From contig NC_089433.1 of the NCBI RefSeq assembly GCF_026210795.1, forward strand, positions 5,208,001 through 5,272,000: 64,000 nt of DNA, written 5' to 3'. The first letter of the stretch is position 1. The number at the start of each line of letters is the position of its first letter. A program made the translations under genes and the position numbers. This document shows, piece after piece, positions 13,146 through 27,510 of the stretch. The notes under the pieces were generated by a model. The model was not told the origin of the DNA. It made no database searches and saw nothing but the letters and a program-made list of their open reading frames with translations. Source of the DNA: Rhizophagus irregularis. Its lineage: Eukaryota.

Positions 13146-16079
13146 ATTGAAGTATGATCTTAGAAAAAGCCGTTAATGAGTGAGGAAAAAAAATCTTTGT
13201 GTTATTTATTTGTAAGAAGATTTTTCTAAATGGAAAAATGAATGAAGTATTTTTTTTTTCTTTTTTTTTTTTTGTAATGAAATATTGAAATATTAAATAT
13301 TCGAATTACAAAAAAAAAAAAAAAAAAAAAGTTTTGTATTAAAAATAAAATTTCATGAGATTTTTGATTAGAATCATATTAGGTTATATATATATATGTT
13401 ATCTGTTATCTTTTTACTTTTGGAATCAATGATAATAAATTTAATGGTTGTGTTATTATTTATATGTGAATGAGTTTTGTAAGTATTGAAAAGGAAATTT
13501 TTGCGAATCGTTTCGTTTCGTGTACAACAATGTGTCCTTGTTGAAGTCAAAAACCGGTAATTTGGTAAAACGTCGCACACGACTAATTCGCAATTTTTCC
13601 TCCGTACCGCCAAATTTTCGTTTAACAATAAACAATAATTTAAGTAATTTGGAGTTTTTGGATGATATATTAAAAAAAAAAGAAGAAGAAAGAAAAAATT
13701 TTAAAGTCAACAAATAGAATACATCATAAGACTTTCCATTAATTTGATATAAATTCTATGGATATCTTCGGTATCACAAATTTGCGGAAAACTACCAAAT
13801 ATTTTATCTTTATTGTCTATATTAATTTATGATAATTAATAATTATATTTTACACTTAAAATAACGAATTTATTTAACGATTAATTATTTGTTAATTAGA
13901 TAACTTTTGTCTAGTAATATTAATTTTTTTTTTCTAGATCGAATTTTGTCCAACTTTTCGGTTATTAGATTTTTGTGATTCTTTCTTCGAAAATTGCACA
14001 AATATCAGATAATGAATTCAACGATTCATGAGTTATGAATATTTATATTACGCGATGTTAGTTAACAATGCAATTATACACCAATAATTTCCTTAAAAAT
14101 TTGTATAATAATGTACTTCCAGTAATATACTACATGTTAAGATCAAAACAAATCCGTTCTTCTTGTTCTTTTAAGAGCCCCCTTTTGAATACTCATTAAT
14201 TGGTATAATTTTTATATAAGACCAACGAAAAACAAATATTATTGGATCATTAAAACAAACAGATCGACACTTATGAATGAAAGAAGGGATTTAATGTGTT
14301 ATGTTACCCATAATGTTTGTGAAACAGATTTTTTATTTTATTTCCATTTATATACATGAAGCAAATTATTGATTTGTTTTAACCGTTCTAGCCACCAATT
14401 AATATGGTGAAACTTAATCAATATTGTATTTGTTACATGTGAACGTTTAAATGGTTAGTTTTTTCTCATTATGTTTCATTTTATTAACTAATTATGGTTT
14501 TTTGAATTAAAAAAAAAAAATTGATTTTTTTTTAATTTACTTTTGTTAATTTGATTGATAATAAGATTTTACAGTTATAAGAAATTTAAGAAATTTTAAT
14601 CCCGTTACAACTCCATATTTTTATTTTTATTTTTATTTATTATTATTGTTATTATTATTATTATTATTATGAAAAAAATGCCACGTTTACGGAAAATATA
14701 ACAAACCGAATAATTTTCATCATTTAAAGATTAGGAAAATTTCCGTGAAAATGTTTCATTTAAAAAAAAAACGCAGTTACTGCGATAAAACAAATCTACA
14801 ATTTTGGACAATTGTATATATTTATATATTATATGAATTTGTGTATAACAAACAATAATTAATTTTTTATGCATAAAGTCAACGGCGGGATGTCACAATA
14901 ACTAACGTCATCTTTCTTTGTAATTTTAGGCATAACATAATAAAGATATGAGTTAATGATGTTGAAGAAATGAAAGAAAATTTTTATAATAAAATTTGGG
15001 CTCTGATTAAACCATATACGTGATTGAATTATTATATTTTGTCATAATATTCTTTTGAAATAAATTATAAATTCATCCATATATAAACTGAATGTATGAA
15101 GAGCCTATTTAATCATAGCCATATTTCTCAAACAATAATACAAAATGTATATTTTATGATTTCCTTTTTTTTTAATTTTAGTTTTCTTTTATTAACTGAC
15201 ACTTAGGGATGACAATGATATAAAGTTTATAATATCGTATATACTTAAAAATAAACGCCTCTGGCTAGAATTATGAAGATTTTGGTAAAAAGAGGATGTT
15301 AAGAGAATTAAACGCCCTAATGTTACATAGAAAGTGGACTTGTCCGATCATTCATTGACAAATAATTTGATCGGTTACAGTAGTACAATTTACAAACACA
15401 ACGCCATTTTTTTGATTTGTAACACCGAAAATTTATTAACTGCGCCTCACTCCTTACTGCGCCTTAAGTGCCGAAATGTAAAAGAAGTTCAACAAACTGA
15501 TTACAAAATGCATTAATAATGCAAGCTTATATTATTATATAACACCTTTGTAAATCTTTTCCCTCTATTTTTTTTCAAGTAGTACGGTTAGAATTTAAAA
15601 CAAAAAAATTTATATCGTTGAAAATATTCCTTGCTTTCTTATTAATACTGTAAAATGAATCAAGGGAAAATTTCATGATAGTCAATACTATCGGCAAAAT
15701 GGTTTGTCGATTCGCTAAAATGGTTTCGGAAAAATGTGATGTCGTGAAATGGCAAGTAGGTAAAATGACGTCAGTAAATTTTATGTCGGTGAAACGGTAA
15801 TACGAATTTGTAATCGGACAAAGAGAATTCTAACAAAAAATTCTGTTTATTACTTTCATACGAAAATATTGTCGAATCAATTATTATTTTGTCTATAATA
15901 TATGTAAATTTTATCGGAGTATAGAGCCGGTTTGTACATGCATAAAAAAACTTACTTTCAAATTTTAAAATTTTATTATGGCCAAAATTCGCTATGAATT
16001 AATTTAAGCAAAAACATTAATAGATTTAAGCATTCCCAATAATTTAGAAAAAAAAATACGAATACATACAACAAATTGT

Positions 16080-16500
16080 TGAGATGAATTTCTTGTAAAA
16101 GATGAAAATTAGAGGCAATAAAATTATTAAATAATACATTTTAATAAAGAGGGTAAGAGACAAAAAGATTTGTCAAGAAGAATGTTTGGTCATATAATAT
16201 TGTAAACATTATATTAGAAATTATTTAAAAGAAAATTTTTCAAATTGGACATCTAAGGATGGTAGTTTGGTACGGAGATATCGGGTGGAATCGTGTGTTT
16301 CTGGTAGGATAGTAGAATGGATTCTATTTAATAATTTACAAAATATTGGAAATTTATACCGTTATACGGCAGATTGGATTGATGGCGAATATTTTTAATG
16401 GAATAATCGAGAACAAAAAAAGATTTAAAAAGCAAAAAGTAATACTTAAAGATTGAAAAATGGGGAAAACACTAACAGAATTGGTTTGATGATATTAACT
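16080..16500 (+). pseudogene. Duplicate of the degraded kinase N-terminal fragment
   Basis: Same sequence as 2220-2640. Confidence 0.8.
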
Positions 16501-19500
16501 TGTTCGGGTGTTTATAAAGGTATAGGAGGTATTACAATACTCGTTCGTGTATCTCAAGAAAAATTTTACTACGCGTATATATTGGTTGTGTAACATCCAA
16601 ATTCGCATATATTAAATAGAAATAGATATAACTCTGACATATTACCGCGCCCGTAATTTCTTTCATTAAACGCCGCTTTAAAAAAAGGGGTAAACTTTTT
16701 TTTTATAGCGACCTTAAAGTACTAGAGAAAGAATTTTTTACAATTGATCCCTTTCCCAAAATTAAAAAAAATGGTATATCGAAATCCATTAATAAATAAA
16801 AGAATTTTAAAGTATAAATAAAGCTTGATAAAGTTTCATAACTTTGTACTTTTTAATTTGAGAACCCGCGTCAAAATCAGCTGATCGTTGGTCGACAATC
16901 AAAAGTTACGTCTACCATTCACGTTCTTGAAGAACTAAGAAAAGAATAACATTAATTTCATTTTATTTGTATTATTCATCATCTTTTATTACTGAAAATT
17001 CAAACGATTGATCAATGCATGATAAAATTTATACTACTTGAGACATAAAACATAACCAAAATTATAATAATTTATCTTATGTGAAGTCGGTAAGATCAAA
17101 ATTACAATAATTTCGGCCAGAGTTATAAATAGCGATATACAGTATACGTCATGTGATTTGTAATTTTTTTTTATTTATAATTCTGGCCAAATTTTATAAT
17201 TCCGGCCTAAATTATTATGCATTATTTTCTCCCGTTTTCCCGAATCTGGGGGGAGTATGTTGAACGAAGAATCGAGTTGGAGTGGTAAACATAAACCGAC
17301 TGAATAGCTAGACAATACTATCATGTGCCGTACAATATTTGTACAAGCGTACTAAGTATTTTACTATTAAACTAAATAAAATTATACTCAATTAAAAGCA
17401 CCATTTGAGTAGAAAAAGATTTAATATTAGTTTAATAAAATATATTGTATTATTATAGAAATTAATAATTTAAGTGGAATTATGCAAAATAAAACTTTAA
17501 CTAAGGTGATTCTAATGATATTAAAATAAAAATTATTATTAATGAGGAGTTAAAAAAGTCACATACTTTCAGTACCCTCTCAGATTTTTGAATAATAAAA
17601 TTTGTCTAACCTTAAATAAATAAAATTTTGTTGTTACTTAAAATTCTTTTTAAATTATGAAATAAAATTAACAAATATATCAAAAAGCAAATAAATAATT
17701 TTTTTATTCATTTAGAATAATAATAATACTTATCTTTTTATAATCATGAACACCACATGATGTGTGTACAGTATTATTATTAATTAACACAATCTACATT
17801 GCTTAATAAAAATAAAAATAAAAAATTATTACAGTATACACATTATCATTAATGTATAATGTGATTGTATTGCATTATTTCATTATCATTTTTATTATGT
17901 AAAACAAATGAGATCAATGTAATATTCTTTCAACAACTATTAAATGGGACTATGATTTAATTAATCAAAGCTGTTATGGTCATGATACCAATTATAATGA
18001 CAACCATTTATATAAGTTATGTGAAAAGTGTAAAATGAAACTAAAAAATAATAGAAAAGACTATAAGATTATAAAAAAAAACTGTCTTAATTTTGAATAT
18101 GTTCGGAATCAACTTACATAAATGAGTTCAAATAGATCTTATTCGAAATCGAGCCACATTTATGAAGTCAACGTCGAGTTCGTGTTTTAAAACAAAACGC
18201 TTCTACTAAATTAGAGAAAATCGGAGAAAAGAGGTGCAATTTAGTTATTAGCGAATTTCTTAGGATTAAATTGATGCATTAGCCATCACCTCGTATATCG
18301 GGTTGCATACGGTTCAGCAAGTTCCTAATCGTAGTTAAAAATACGCCATCTTATTTATATACAGTATATTTTCCGAGATCCTAGCTTACGTAAATTCTGA
18401 TGGAATTCTTTAACCGAGAGTATACCCGAAATAAATGTTTAAAATTAAATTTTATCCAAATTTTAATTAATAGATTCGTAAAATATTCATTTCTTGGCGG
18501 AAATTCTATGCATCTACTATATAACCAAATTATAACTACGTTATAAAGATAAAATTGTTTAAATAATGAAGTTCGGGCATAACAACTGCAATTCTCGCTA
18601 ATATAGTTATTATGATAGACAATTTGCCTAGTTTTGTAATCCCAATTTATGGCAGATTTAGGCTTTAATACGATCGGCAGTCACCAAATCTTTTAGTGGT
18701 GTTGTATAGAGGTTGGAACCGGATTTAAAAAATAAATCTGGTTTTATTTTACAGCTGATTTTCATAATATACAGGACACCTAGTCACATACGAGAGACAA
18801 CTCGGTACATTCGGCAAAACTCGTAAAGTTCAGAATAAGGTAAAAATTATATTTGGAGCGCACAGTGGTGTAGTTTTTATTTTATTCTGAGTTATACCGA
18901 GTTTCTCTCGGCATGGAGTAAAAATGATGGGTGTCCAACTTATAGTATCCGGTTTCTTCGAATCCTTCGGATTTATATCCGGTTTTATTCGGTTTTTCTT
19001 CATCCAGATTTGATAAATCCAGTTTCCTTCGTTCCATCCGAATTTATTATATCCGGTTTCTTTCGATTTTCGGATTTAAATCTGAATATCGAAATTACTG
19101 TATCATTAATTCATTTAAGTTATCGTGACATTCCATCATGACTTGAGAATATTAATTATTACATAAGTCATCGTAATATCCCTCCGTGACTCGAGAATGA
19201 TTATTAATCATTATTCATTATGTACGAATGATGTACGAAATGTAACATATTTACGGAATTTCTTAAACGATAAAAATTATTCAGTTTGTTATATTTCCAT
19301 AAACGTGAAATTTCTTAGGAAATATTCCGATTAAATTTCTTATAGAGGTAAGATCTAAGCTAACAATCAAATTAACAAATTAAGTTTTTTTAAATCAAAA
19401 CCCATAATTAGCGCCATTTAGCGTTCACATGTGAAAATATTAAGTTTTTCATCACGTTGATATGATTAGATTTGGTGAATCATTTGGTTCATGCATTTGA

Positions 19501-20750
19501 TTCAAAAATGGAAATAAAATAATGAATTCTGTTTCACAAACCCCATGAAACAATAACACTATTCATGCACTGAAATTCGCCGATCTGTTTGTACAAATTT
19601 GTTATTATTATAAGTACTCATTATACAAATTTTAAAAGAAATATGATTGTATTGTTAACTTGATATTACTAAATATATTAAAATATCATGAATCGTGTTT
19701 CATTCTAATGGGTGTAGGATCGAAGAAATAATTAAAATAATCCACTAACCGGATGATTGAACAAATCCAACCTAAAAGAAAAAAATTTTGAATTAATACT
19801 GCTAAACGAAATCTAAGTATAAAATATAATTAAAATTAATAAATTAGTAATATGACAATAAAAATAAATATTAGTAGAGTTCCACAAATTTGTAATACCT
19901 TAAAATCTAAATTTAATGAGCAAGTTTATGTAAGATAATACTAAAAAGTTTTGCAATGCATTCTATTTGTTTACTTTTGAAATTTTTTCTTTTTTTTTTT
20001 AGTAATCCCAAAAAGACTCAATTGCTAAAAATAGAACTTTCCTTAAACGGATAATATTCCTAGAATTTATCCGGATTATTCTATTATCCTAACTGTATCC
20101 GATTAGTTTTAAAACGGATATCCGGTTTTAAATTTGAGAGATGGATAATCCTATGAAACTTTACGGATAATCCGCTAAATATCTAGATTTAGAATGATCA
20201 CAAGTAAACGGTGCTAAATTGATAATGTCTGCAAAAATTTGAATAAAGTCCTAAAACATTGGTTAAGTACATATTTTTTTTTTTGTATTTCAATATGTTA
20301 AAATTTGAATTTTAATAAAATTTATAGAATCAAGAAATTTTTAATATCGAGGTGATTAAATATCTATAAATTAAATCTAAATGACTAAATGATCTCGTCT
20401 AGGATAATCGGATAATCCGGTGAAAGCTCTAACTAAAAAATATTGTTCATTGTTTAATGTGACGTTTTATGCATATGCATAATCATCATAACCATCAGTT
20501 TGTAAAATAATTTTTTTAAAGTAAAATGGATAAAATATAAAAGCATACATATATGCATATAACCTATTATAGTTCTATACTAGTTCTTACAATAAAATAA
20601 TCAAACAATCTCATGAAACATCATTTTATTTTTAATTTCATTCATTTCTCTGTTTGGCTTTATTAAAAAAAATCTTATAAATAATATATTTACCTCAAAG
20701 ATTTTTTTTTCCTCACTCATTAACGGCTTTTTCTAAGATCATACTTCAAT

Positions 20751-21659
20751 ATGAAAATATTATTAAATCGTCTTAAAAAAGAAGAAACTTTTGACTGTAA
20801 TTATTTTACGCCAAAGTATTATTTTGAAACGGAATGGTTTCTTGACATGCATGGTTATATTGATAGGGAGGAATTAGACGTTCGTTTTGAAGAAATTAAT
20901 AAAATAGTCACTGAAAACCCACTACTAAGTGAAAGAGCAAAAAAGGGTCTTTTATATGTTTTCATCGCTCTTAGCTTTATTTTTATTTTGCTTATTATCT
21001 TTGCTGCTCAAGTTTTTGGAGGTTATGTTGCTCCAATCGTGATACAAATTATAAATTCTATTGCTTTCTTTGTGGCGAGATATTTGATCGATGAAGAAGC
21101 AAAACGTCGCTCCGAAAGATTTTATGAAGCTATTAAAAAATTGTTCGACAAATATAATAAAAAAGATAACCCAACTGCCAATTGGAAACTCAAGTGGCGT
21201 AAAGTTATCACTCATTTCAATTTAGATCAATCCTCAAATGATATAACGCCAAAGTATGCTGAAGAAGCAGAAATAGAGTTAGAAATAAATGACGTCCTCG
21301 CTGAAATTACCGAGTGTACCATCCGTTTGCACCTTTATAGTAAAGAAAAACTTGAAAGAATTACTAAAGAGAAAGAGGAACTTGAGAGACTTCTTTCATC
21401 AAACGAGGACTATTCAATTACCATCGATGATAAGAAATTGCCTGAAATTCCTTTCAATTACGTACAACCTTCCAACAACACACCCCGACTTAACAACACG
21501 CCCCCATTTAATAACACACCTCAACCTGACAATACACCCCCATTTAATAACACACCTCAACCTGACAATACACCCATATTTAATAACACACCTCAACCTG
21601 ACAATACGCCCACATTTAATAACACATCCCCTTCCAACAATACTGAAATAGAAAGATGA
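20751..21659 (+). CDS. 302-aa Erf4/Golgin-A7-like membrane protein with NNTP repeat tail (identical to 6896-7804)
   Basis: Identical translation in the ORF track. Confidence 0.75.
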   Translation: MKILLNRLKKEETFDCNYFTPKYYFETEWFLDMHGYIDREELDVRFEEINKIVTENPLLSERAKKGLLYVFIALSFIFILLIIFAAQVFGGYVAPIVIQIINSIAFFVARYLIDEEAKRRSERFYEAIKKLFDKYNKKDNPTANWKLKWRKVITHFNLDQSSNDITPKYAEEAEIELEINDVLAEITECTIRLHLYSKEKLERITKEKEELERLLSSNEDYSITIDDKKLPEIPFNYVQPSNNTPRLNNTPPFNNTPQPDNTPPFNNTPQPDNTPIFNNTPQPDNTPTFNNTSPSNNTEIER

Positions 21660-24600
21660 ATAATATAAACGACAATGGAAATGAGAGGATGAATTATGCT
21701 AATCCTCAGATGAATATGAAACGTCTTCCCTATAATTACGGTATAAAATTATTTTACCTTTTTTTTGTGACACGATAATCATGTTTTATTACAATGTAAG
21801 GGTCGAAATTATCTAGTGAATTTATTAATTATAAGGCGCAATATATTATATAGTTTAGGTGTTTAAATTTTTAAAGCATTTTATTAGTATTACGTCCGTA
21901 ATTGACATTAAAATATTCTTTTAGGGATTTATTTTATTGGCCATTCTATATTTTACTTAATTGAGGAACTGAGGAAACGTCCGTAATTGACGTGAAACTA
22001 TTCTTATGTATATATTTATGTGTTATTTTATTTTATATGGGTTATATCATTTTAGTATATAATTTCGTATGACGTTATTTTATTGGTTATTACAATGGAT
22101 TACTCGAATTAGGACCAAGAGAGAGTTATGAAATGAAATAAACGGAGAGGGATTCGCCTAAATCAGAGGATCAATTCTTTTTTTGCCCTTTTTCTTATGA
22201 TGAAAAAGTGCCTCATTAATTATTTTGAATAATGACTTATTAGAAATTGTTAATAAGGGGGAACTATCGAAATTTAGTTCTAGAAATTTAGAAATAGACT
22301 TTTTGGGAAACTAAGCATTAGTATAATTTTGTTATTGATATTGTGAAATTGTATTATTTAATAAAAGAATATTGTTGTGGCTTAAGGTGGCAAACGTCTG
22401 TATGACGGCTTAAGCTCTACAAGCCAATAATTATTTATAATAGCTCAATAATATTATATACTTGCACTACCGAAAATAAACTTCTCTTTCTAGAATTACG
22501 CCTCAATATCCTGGCCAAAATTACGTGATATAATTAGTTGATTTAAAAAGGTATTAACTTCTAAAAATGATTTATTGTAAATATAATTCTTTTCTTTATA
22601 TTTATAAAAAAAATTCATATTTATAAAAAAAAATAAATGTTCTTAAGTTGAAGTTTGTACACCATACAAGTTAGCAGCCGAAACTAGAGATCATGAGAAA
22701 CCTGTTCACATGACAAAATATTACGGTAGCTTCGTGGGACCAAGTTTTACAAATATCGTTCAAGAAACAGCACAAATTTTTCGGATCAAAACCCGGGGAA
22801 TCGCTATGTTCAGGTGACTGAAAACTCAATTCAAAGACCGAAAGGAACACATGCGAACAAAAAACTAAAACTGGAAATTCTTTATTTTGCTACACACGAA
22901 GATCGGTGTCAGTGTGTCACATGAACTACCGATAAAGTTGACCAATTCCCAAACTTCCGTTAAAGAAAAGAAAAAGGATGAAAGAAGAAATAGGGGAATA
23001 AAAAGAAAGACGAGCCTCAGAACAAATGTTCTTGCGAAAAACTAAACTGAAAAAATCTATGACACGACGCGGTCGGTCTTTCATTAACAAAATTGCTGGA
23101 GACATAGTTGTTTATTTATATAGATTGAGTTTAAGTTTTAGTTTTATTTAGGTCGAATTCCAGGTTTATATACCTGATGAACGTGTCTTAACGTGAAAGA
23201 TCACGGTTGTATTTAGTATGTAATATGTACATTACACAACGTGTGGATGGTTTTTCGCTTTAGAACTATGTTCTTCTCGTTTTGCATCATCAACAGGTCA
23301 ACTTCATTTGTTAATAAAGGCAATAAATTAAAAAGGAAAATAAAGTGGAATAATAAATTATGAAACATTAACGAATACTTTAGTTTAATCTTCTTATTCG
23401 ATTTATGGGAACTCGTACAGGTTTTTTGATACATCTTTATTATTCCTAGTGGTCTACGAAGAAAATCAGAAAATTGAAGAGTTTTTCTATAAATTTACCT
23501 TACCAAAAATACAACTACCTAAAACAAGAAAAATTGAATCAAATATTATCAGACCAATACTTGCAAATGTAATAACTTAGATTGATAAAAAAAAATGACA
23601 TGTATGACGTGTATACGTATCGCTGGAGTGCGCGGTCAATAGCAATAACTGCCAAAACAAAATTTCTTTTAATAGTCAACAATTTATTTAGTTATTAATA
23701 AAGAACAAAACTCATTTGCTATCATTTAGTGAATATTATGCGTAAAATCCATCTATTATAAAATTACATGAAATTGGATTTTACAGCCAATGTCAGATAA
23801 GGTTGCCCCATAATTATCGTAACTGTCCCTAACAAAATTTTCTTTCACAAAATGTTTTAATGAAGAACCATACTGTACATATCAAAGTGTTGTAGGTTAT
23901 CATATTCTTTTTTGTTGTTAGCATGAGTGAAAATAACAAAAGGCAATACTATAGTTTACGAAAAATATCGTAGAGCATGGAATTAATAAATTATGTAATT
24001 GATTGCATTAATCAATTGAACTTAAAATATACGTAAAATTTGTGGCCAAAAAACTCATGATAGATTTGAGAAAATTCCAACAAAAAAAAGTTATTGGTTA
24101 GTTACATCACTTCCGTCACTTCCGTCACGTGATCGATTAACTTGATTCACATGACGATCACAGGGACGATGATTTTCTGCGGTGACAAAATACTAACTCC
24201 GTCTGCGGTAAAAATAAATTCTGCGTTTTGCCATGCATTAAAAAAATTACTAATTTCTGCAGTATTTCTGTGATTTTTTTGTTAAATTCTGTACGAAATT
24301 AACAATTCTGCATTTATCAAAATTACGTCTAAAAAAATAAACATCTAATCTTTACCAAATTAGGCAATTTACATTATTAATTCTGGTTGGAATTAACTAA
24401 TTTAGTAATGATCTACAATCACACTAATTCCGCGATTGGTACTCGATTCTGCATTTTCTGCGGCATTCCGTGAAATGCAGAAAATCATTGTCCCTAGACG
24501 ATCAACACCGGCCAGCCAATAATTTTGTTTCACGCTACATATAACTCGTATATTTAAAATAGTGCTGAAATTATCGAACTGATAAAGCAATTTTATTTTT

Positions 24601-26179
24601 GTTCTTTCAAATCATGAAATTTTTTTATGAATCATTATTTATGCAATAATCTATTAATACAGTAAAACATACTGTAACTGCAATAAACTACATACAAAAA
24701 ATTACTTGTAATTCTACAATTACCTCCGTTCCATATGAAAAAATATCGTACAGTTCCTACTAAAAGAAAAATTCTAATGAAACTTAATGTATCTTAAGTA
24801 TTATCAATTTCAGATGATACAAATCTTGCTAGTAATCTTCAATACTGTTTAGTGAGCCAGACCGTTGATATTAATGTGAAATATCACACAATAGCTGTTG
24901 TATCGGAGGGATTTCCTGCAAAAAGCTATTTTATTATTAGTGTAAGTTTCAAACAAAACTTTACAGGGGATACCTAATATTTTCAATAATTTTATTAATT
25001 TTATGAATATTTATTGTTTCTGTTCACAGACTTCATATTGTTTTTCATTCTTTCGCTTACGGGAAGCAAGTTCATCTTAATTGCCAATCCGCCACTAAAA
25101 TTGATTAGTAGATCCGTCGCAGTCGCATGTGTCGCATGTTCTTATATGAATGACGTCGATCGGCATCCGATTTTGTACTACATAAGTCATGCTTAATGCA
25201 ACCATAATTTACCAATCAATAATGCCAAACGTGAATATGTCACAAAAAAAAATTTTTTTCGTTTGTTACAAAATTTAAAAAGTTTACTTTGGAGGAAGTT
25301 ACCATTCCAGCTCATATTTTAGGTAACTTTACACCAATTATTCGCGAATTTTGCAAATTTTACAAGGTTTTTTTGTACTATTACATAATATACGGTATAT
25401 TCTTGCTTAGATTAATAAAATAATATTTTAAAAAAAAGAAAATAAAAAATTTTTTTTTTTTTTGGCAGTTTTATAAAACTATACCTAAGTAATGTAACAC
25501 CTTTTTATAATGTATTTTTAGGGCATTTATATTACAACAAAAACTTGTGCAAATACCATTCAGAAGCAATAGTATTTAATATAAAAATGTCCGACGAGAT
25601 TAATTATAGATTGCCGATCATTTTGTATCGCTGAGTGGCGAATCGGCAATTAAATGTTTTATATAAAGTTGATTGATCATCCACTTGCGCTACTAATAAA
25701 GAAACTGTAGGACTGGTTTGCACTTTTTCTAAGAGCCTCTAAGGTTAATTTTTCATAAATTTCATTGGAATTTTTGCAGTCCACAAAGGCACAAGGTCCA
25801 TTATTTCGCTTGCAATTCTTGTCATTAGTTATTAAGAGAAGTATAAACTAAAGTCGGATCTATTTAAACTAAAACCGGATCTTGGTTGAGAAAGAGATGT
25901 TAAACTTTCATGAAAATTTGAACGTATATCGTTATGTAGTGCCCACTTTGTATATGAGCTTAAATTAAATCACATGACATACAAATTAGCCAATAATATT
26001 AATTTACCTATACCGTTACAACTGTGTTACAACAAATCATTTTTTCATATTAAAAATAATTTTTAAAAATCTATTAAATAATGAACTTTAACGTGGAATA
26101 TTACTGTAAACTATTTTTATTTATAATTAAACGCGTTTTTTTAATATTCTTTACATGAAATTTTAGGTACAGTAGATCG

Positions 26180-26372
26180 GTCCACGTAATTTCATATGGG
26201 TTAGTTCGGAGATATATGCATTCCCATATATCTTACGTGGATCCACGTAAAATTTTGTGGATCTACTCCGAAAATACCATGTGTTTCGATCACAGAAAAT
26301 ATTGGTATTCAGATTTCCACATATATTTGATGTGGATTTTGTGGATTTCCATGTGGATTTTACGTGGAAAAA
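26180..26372. repeat. Cluster of TCCAC/GTGGA repeats including a perfect 18-bp palindrome (TE subterminal-like)
   Basis: ttacgtggatccacgtaa at 26233-26250, plus several gtggat/tccac copies in both orientations. Confidence 0.6.
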
Positions 26373-27221
26373 ATTTCCTGATGTAGTTAAAATGAAACAA
26401 GACTATGGACACTATGAACGACTAATAAGAGTCATTTAACAAGTATGGAAACACACATTTAATTTTATTAATTTTTTATTAATATTGTTGAAAATATTTT
26501 GTGAAAAAAATTAGTAATGAAATTATCGTACGATTTTTTTTTTAAATTATTTTTCAATTTTTTACAGGGTGATTTCAGTACTATTGTTAAATGAAAATAT
26601 GCTTAGGAATCAATCTTAAAGTAAAGTTGTTCAACAGGTATATGAAACCAATAAAATATTAATTTTTATTAATACAAATTTGAAATATTTTATAAAATTA
26701 ATTAATAATACTTTTATAGGAAATCACTGTTTTTTTTAGCGTTTTTTTTTTAGAATGTGTAGGACCGTTTTTTAATATTAAATATAATTATGCTGTTCGG
26801 ATATTTTATGTATTAATATTTTTTTTTTGTTTTTTTTTTTAACATGTATTTCATTTAAAAATCATATTATTTGTTTATTTGCTTATTAAAAATTGGTTTT
26901 AATTTAATAAAGTGTTAAAAAGTACTAATTTTTTTATATGTACTGTTATAAAAGTAATGTAATAATTTATTTATATAATATTTTTTTTTTTTTTTTTTTA
27001 AAGAAAAAAGATTTTTTTTTATTAATGTTACAATTGTTACATGCTATATACAAGTGGAATAATGTAAGGTAAAATAGGTAAATGCGAAACCTCGTTACCT
27101 TACATACGTTCTTAGCTAATCTACGTTACGCACTTTTGCTACCTACCTAACTGTTTTGTGCCGCAGAAGTCAGAACATCCAAAAAAATAATCCATTAGTT
27201 GCGCCCTCATTAATTGCAAAA

Positions 27222-27510
27222 AATTGACGAAAATAAAAAAAAAATAGCGACGAAAAAAAAAAATTACCGATGAAAATAAAAAAAAAATTTAACGACGAAA
27301 ATAAAATAAAACAAAATTACCGACGAAAAAAAAAAAAATTACTGATGAAAATAAAATAAAAAAATCACCGACGAAAAAAAAAGAAATTACCAACGAAAAT
27401 AAAAAAAAAATTACGACGAAAATAAAAAAAAAAATTACCGACGAAAATAAAATAAAAAAAATTACCGACGAAAATAAAATAAAAAAAAAATAATAATAAA
27501 ATTGACGGAT
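27222..27510. repeat. A-rich tandem repeat (~25-30 bp, ~11 copies; core attaccgacgaaaa)
   Basis: Repeated (acc)gacgaaaa separated by poly-A/aaaat runs. Confidence 0.85.

Larger units (their letters stand above)
13861..26220. repeat. Copy 2 of the ~12.4 kb duplication
   Basis: Matches 1-12363 up to ...ggagatatatgca, then continues into unique sequence. Confidence 0.97.

Noticed and set aside
27222..27510. Regularly spaced accgacgaaaa motif as a CRISPR-like array
   Set aside because: The intervening sequence is only poly-A/aaaat; it is a low-complexity tandem repeat.
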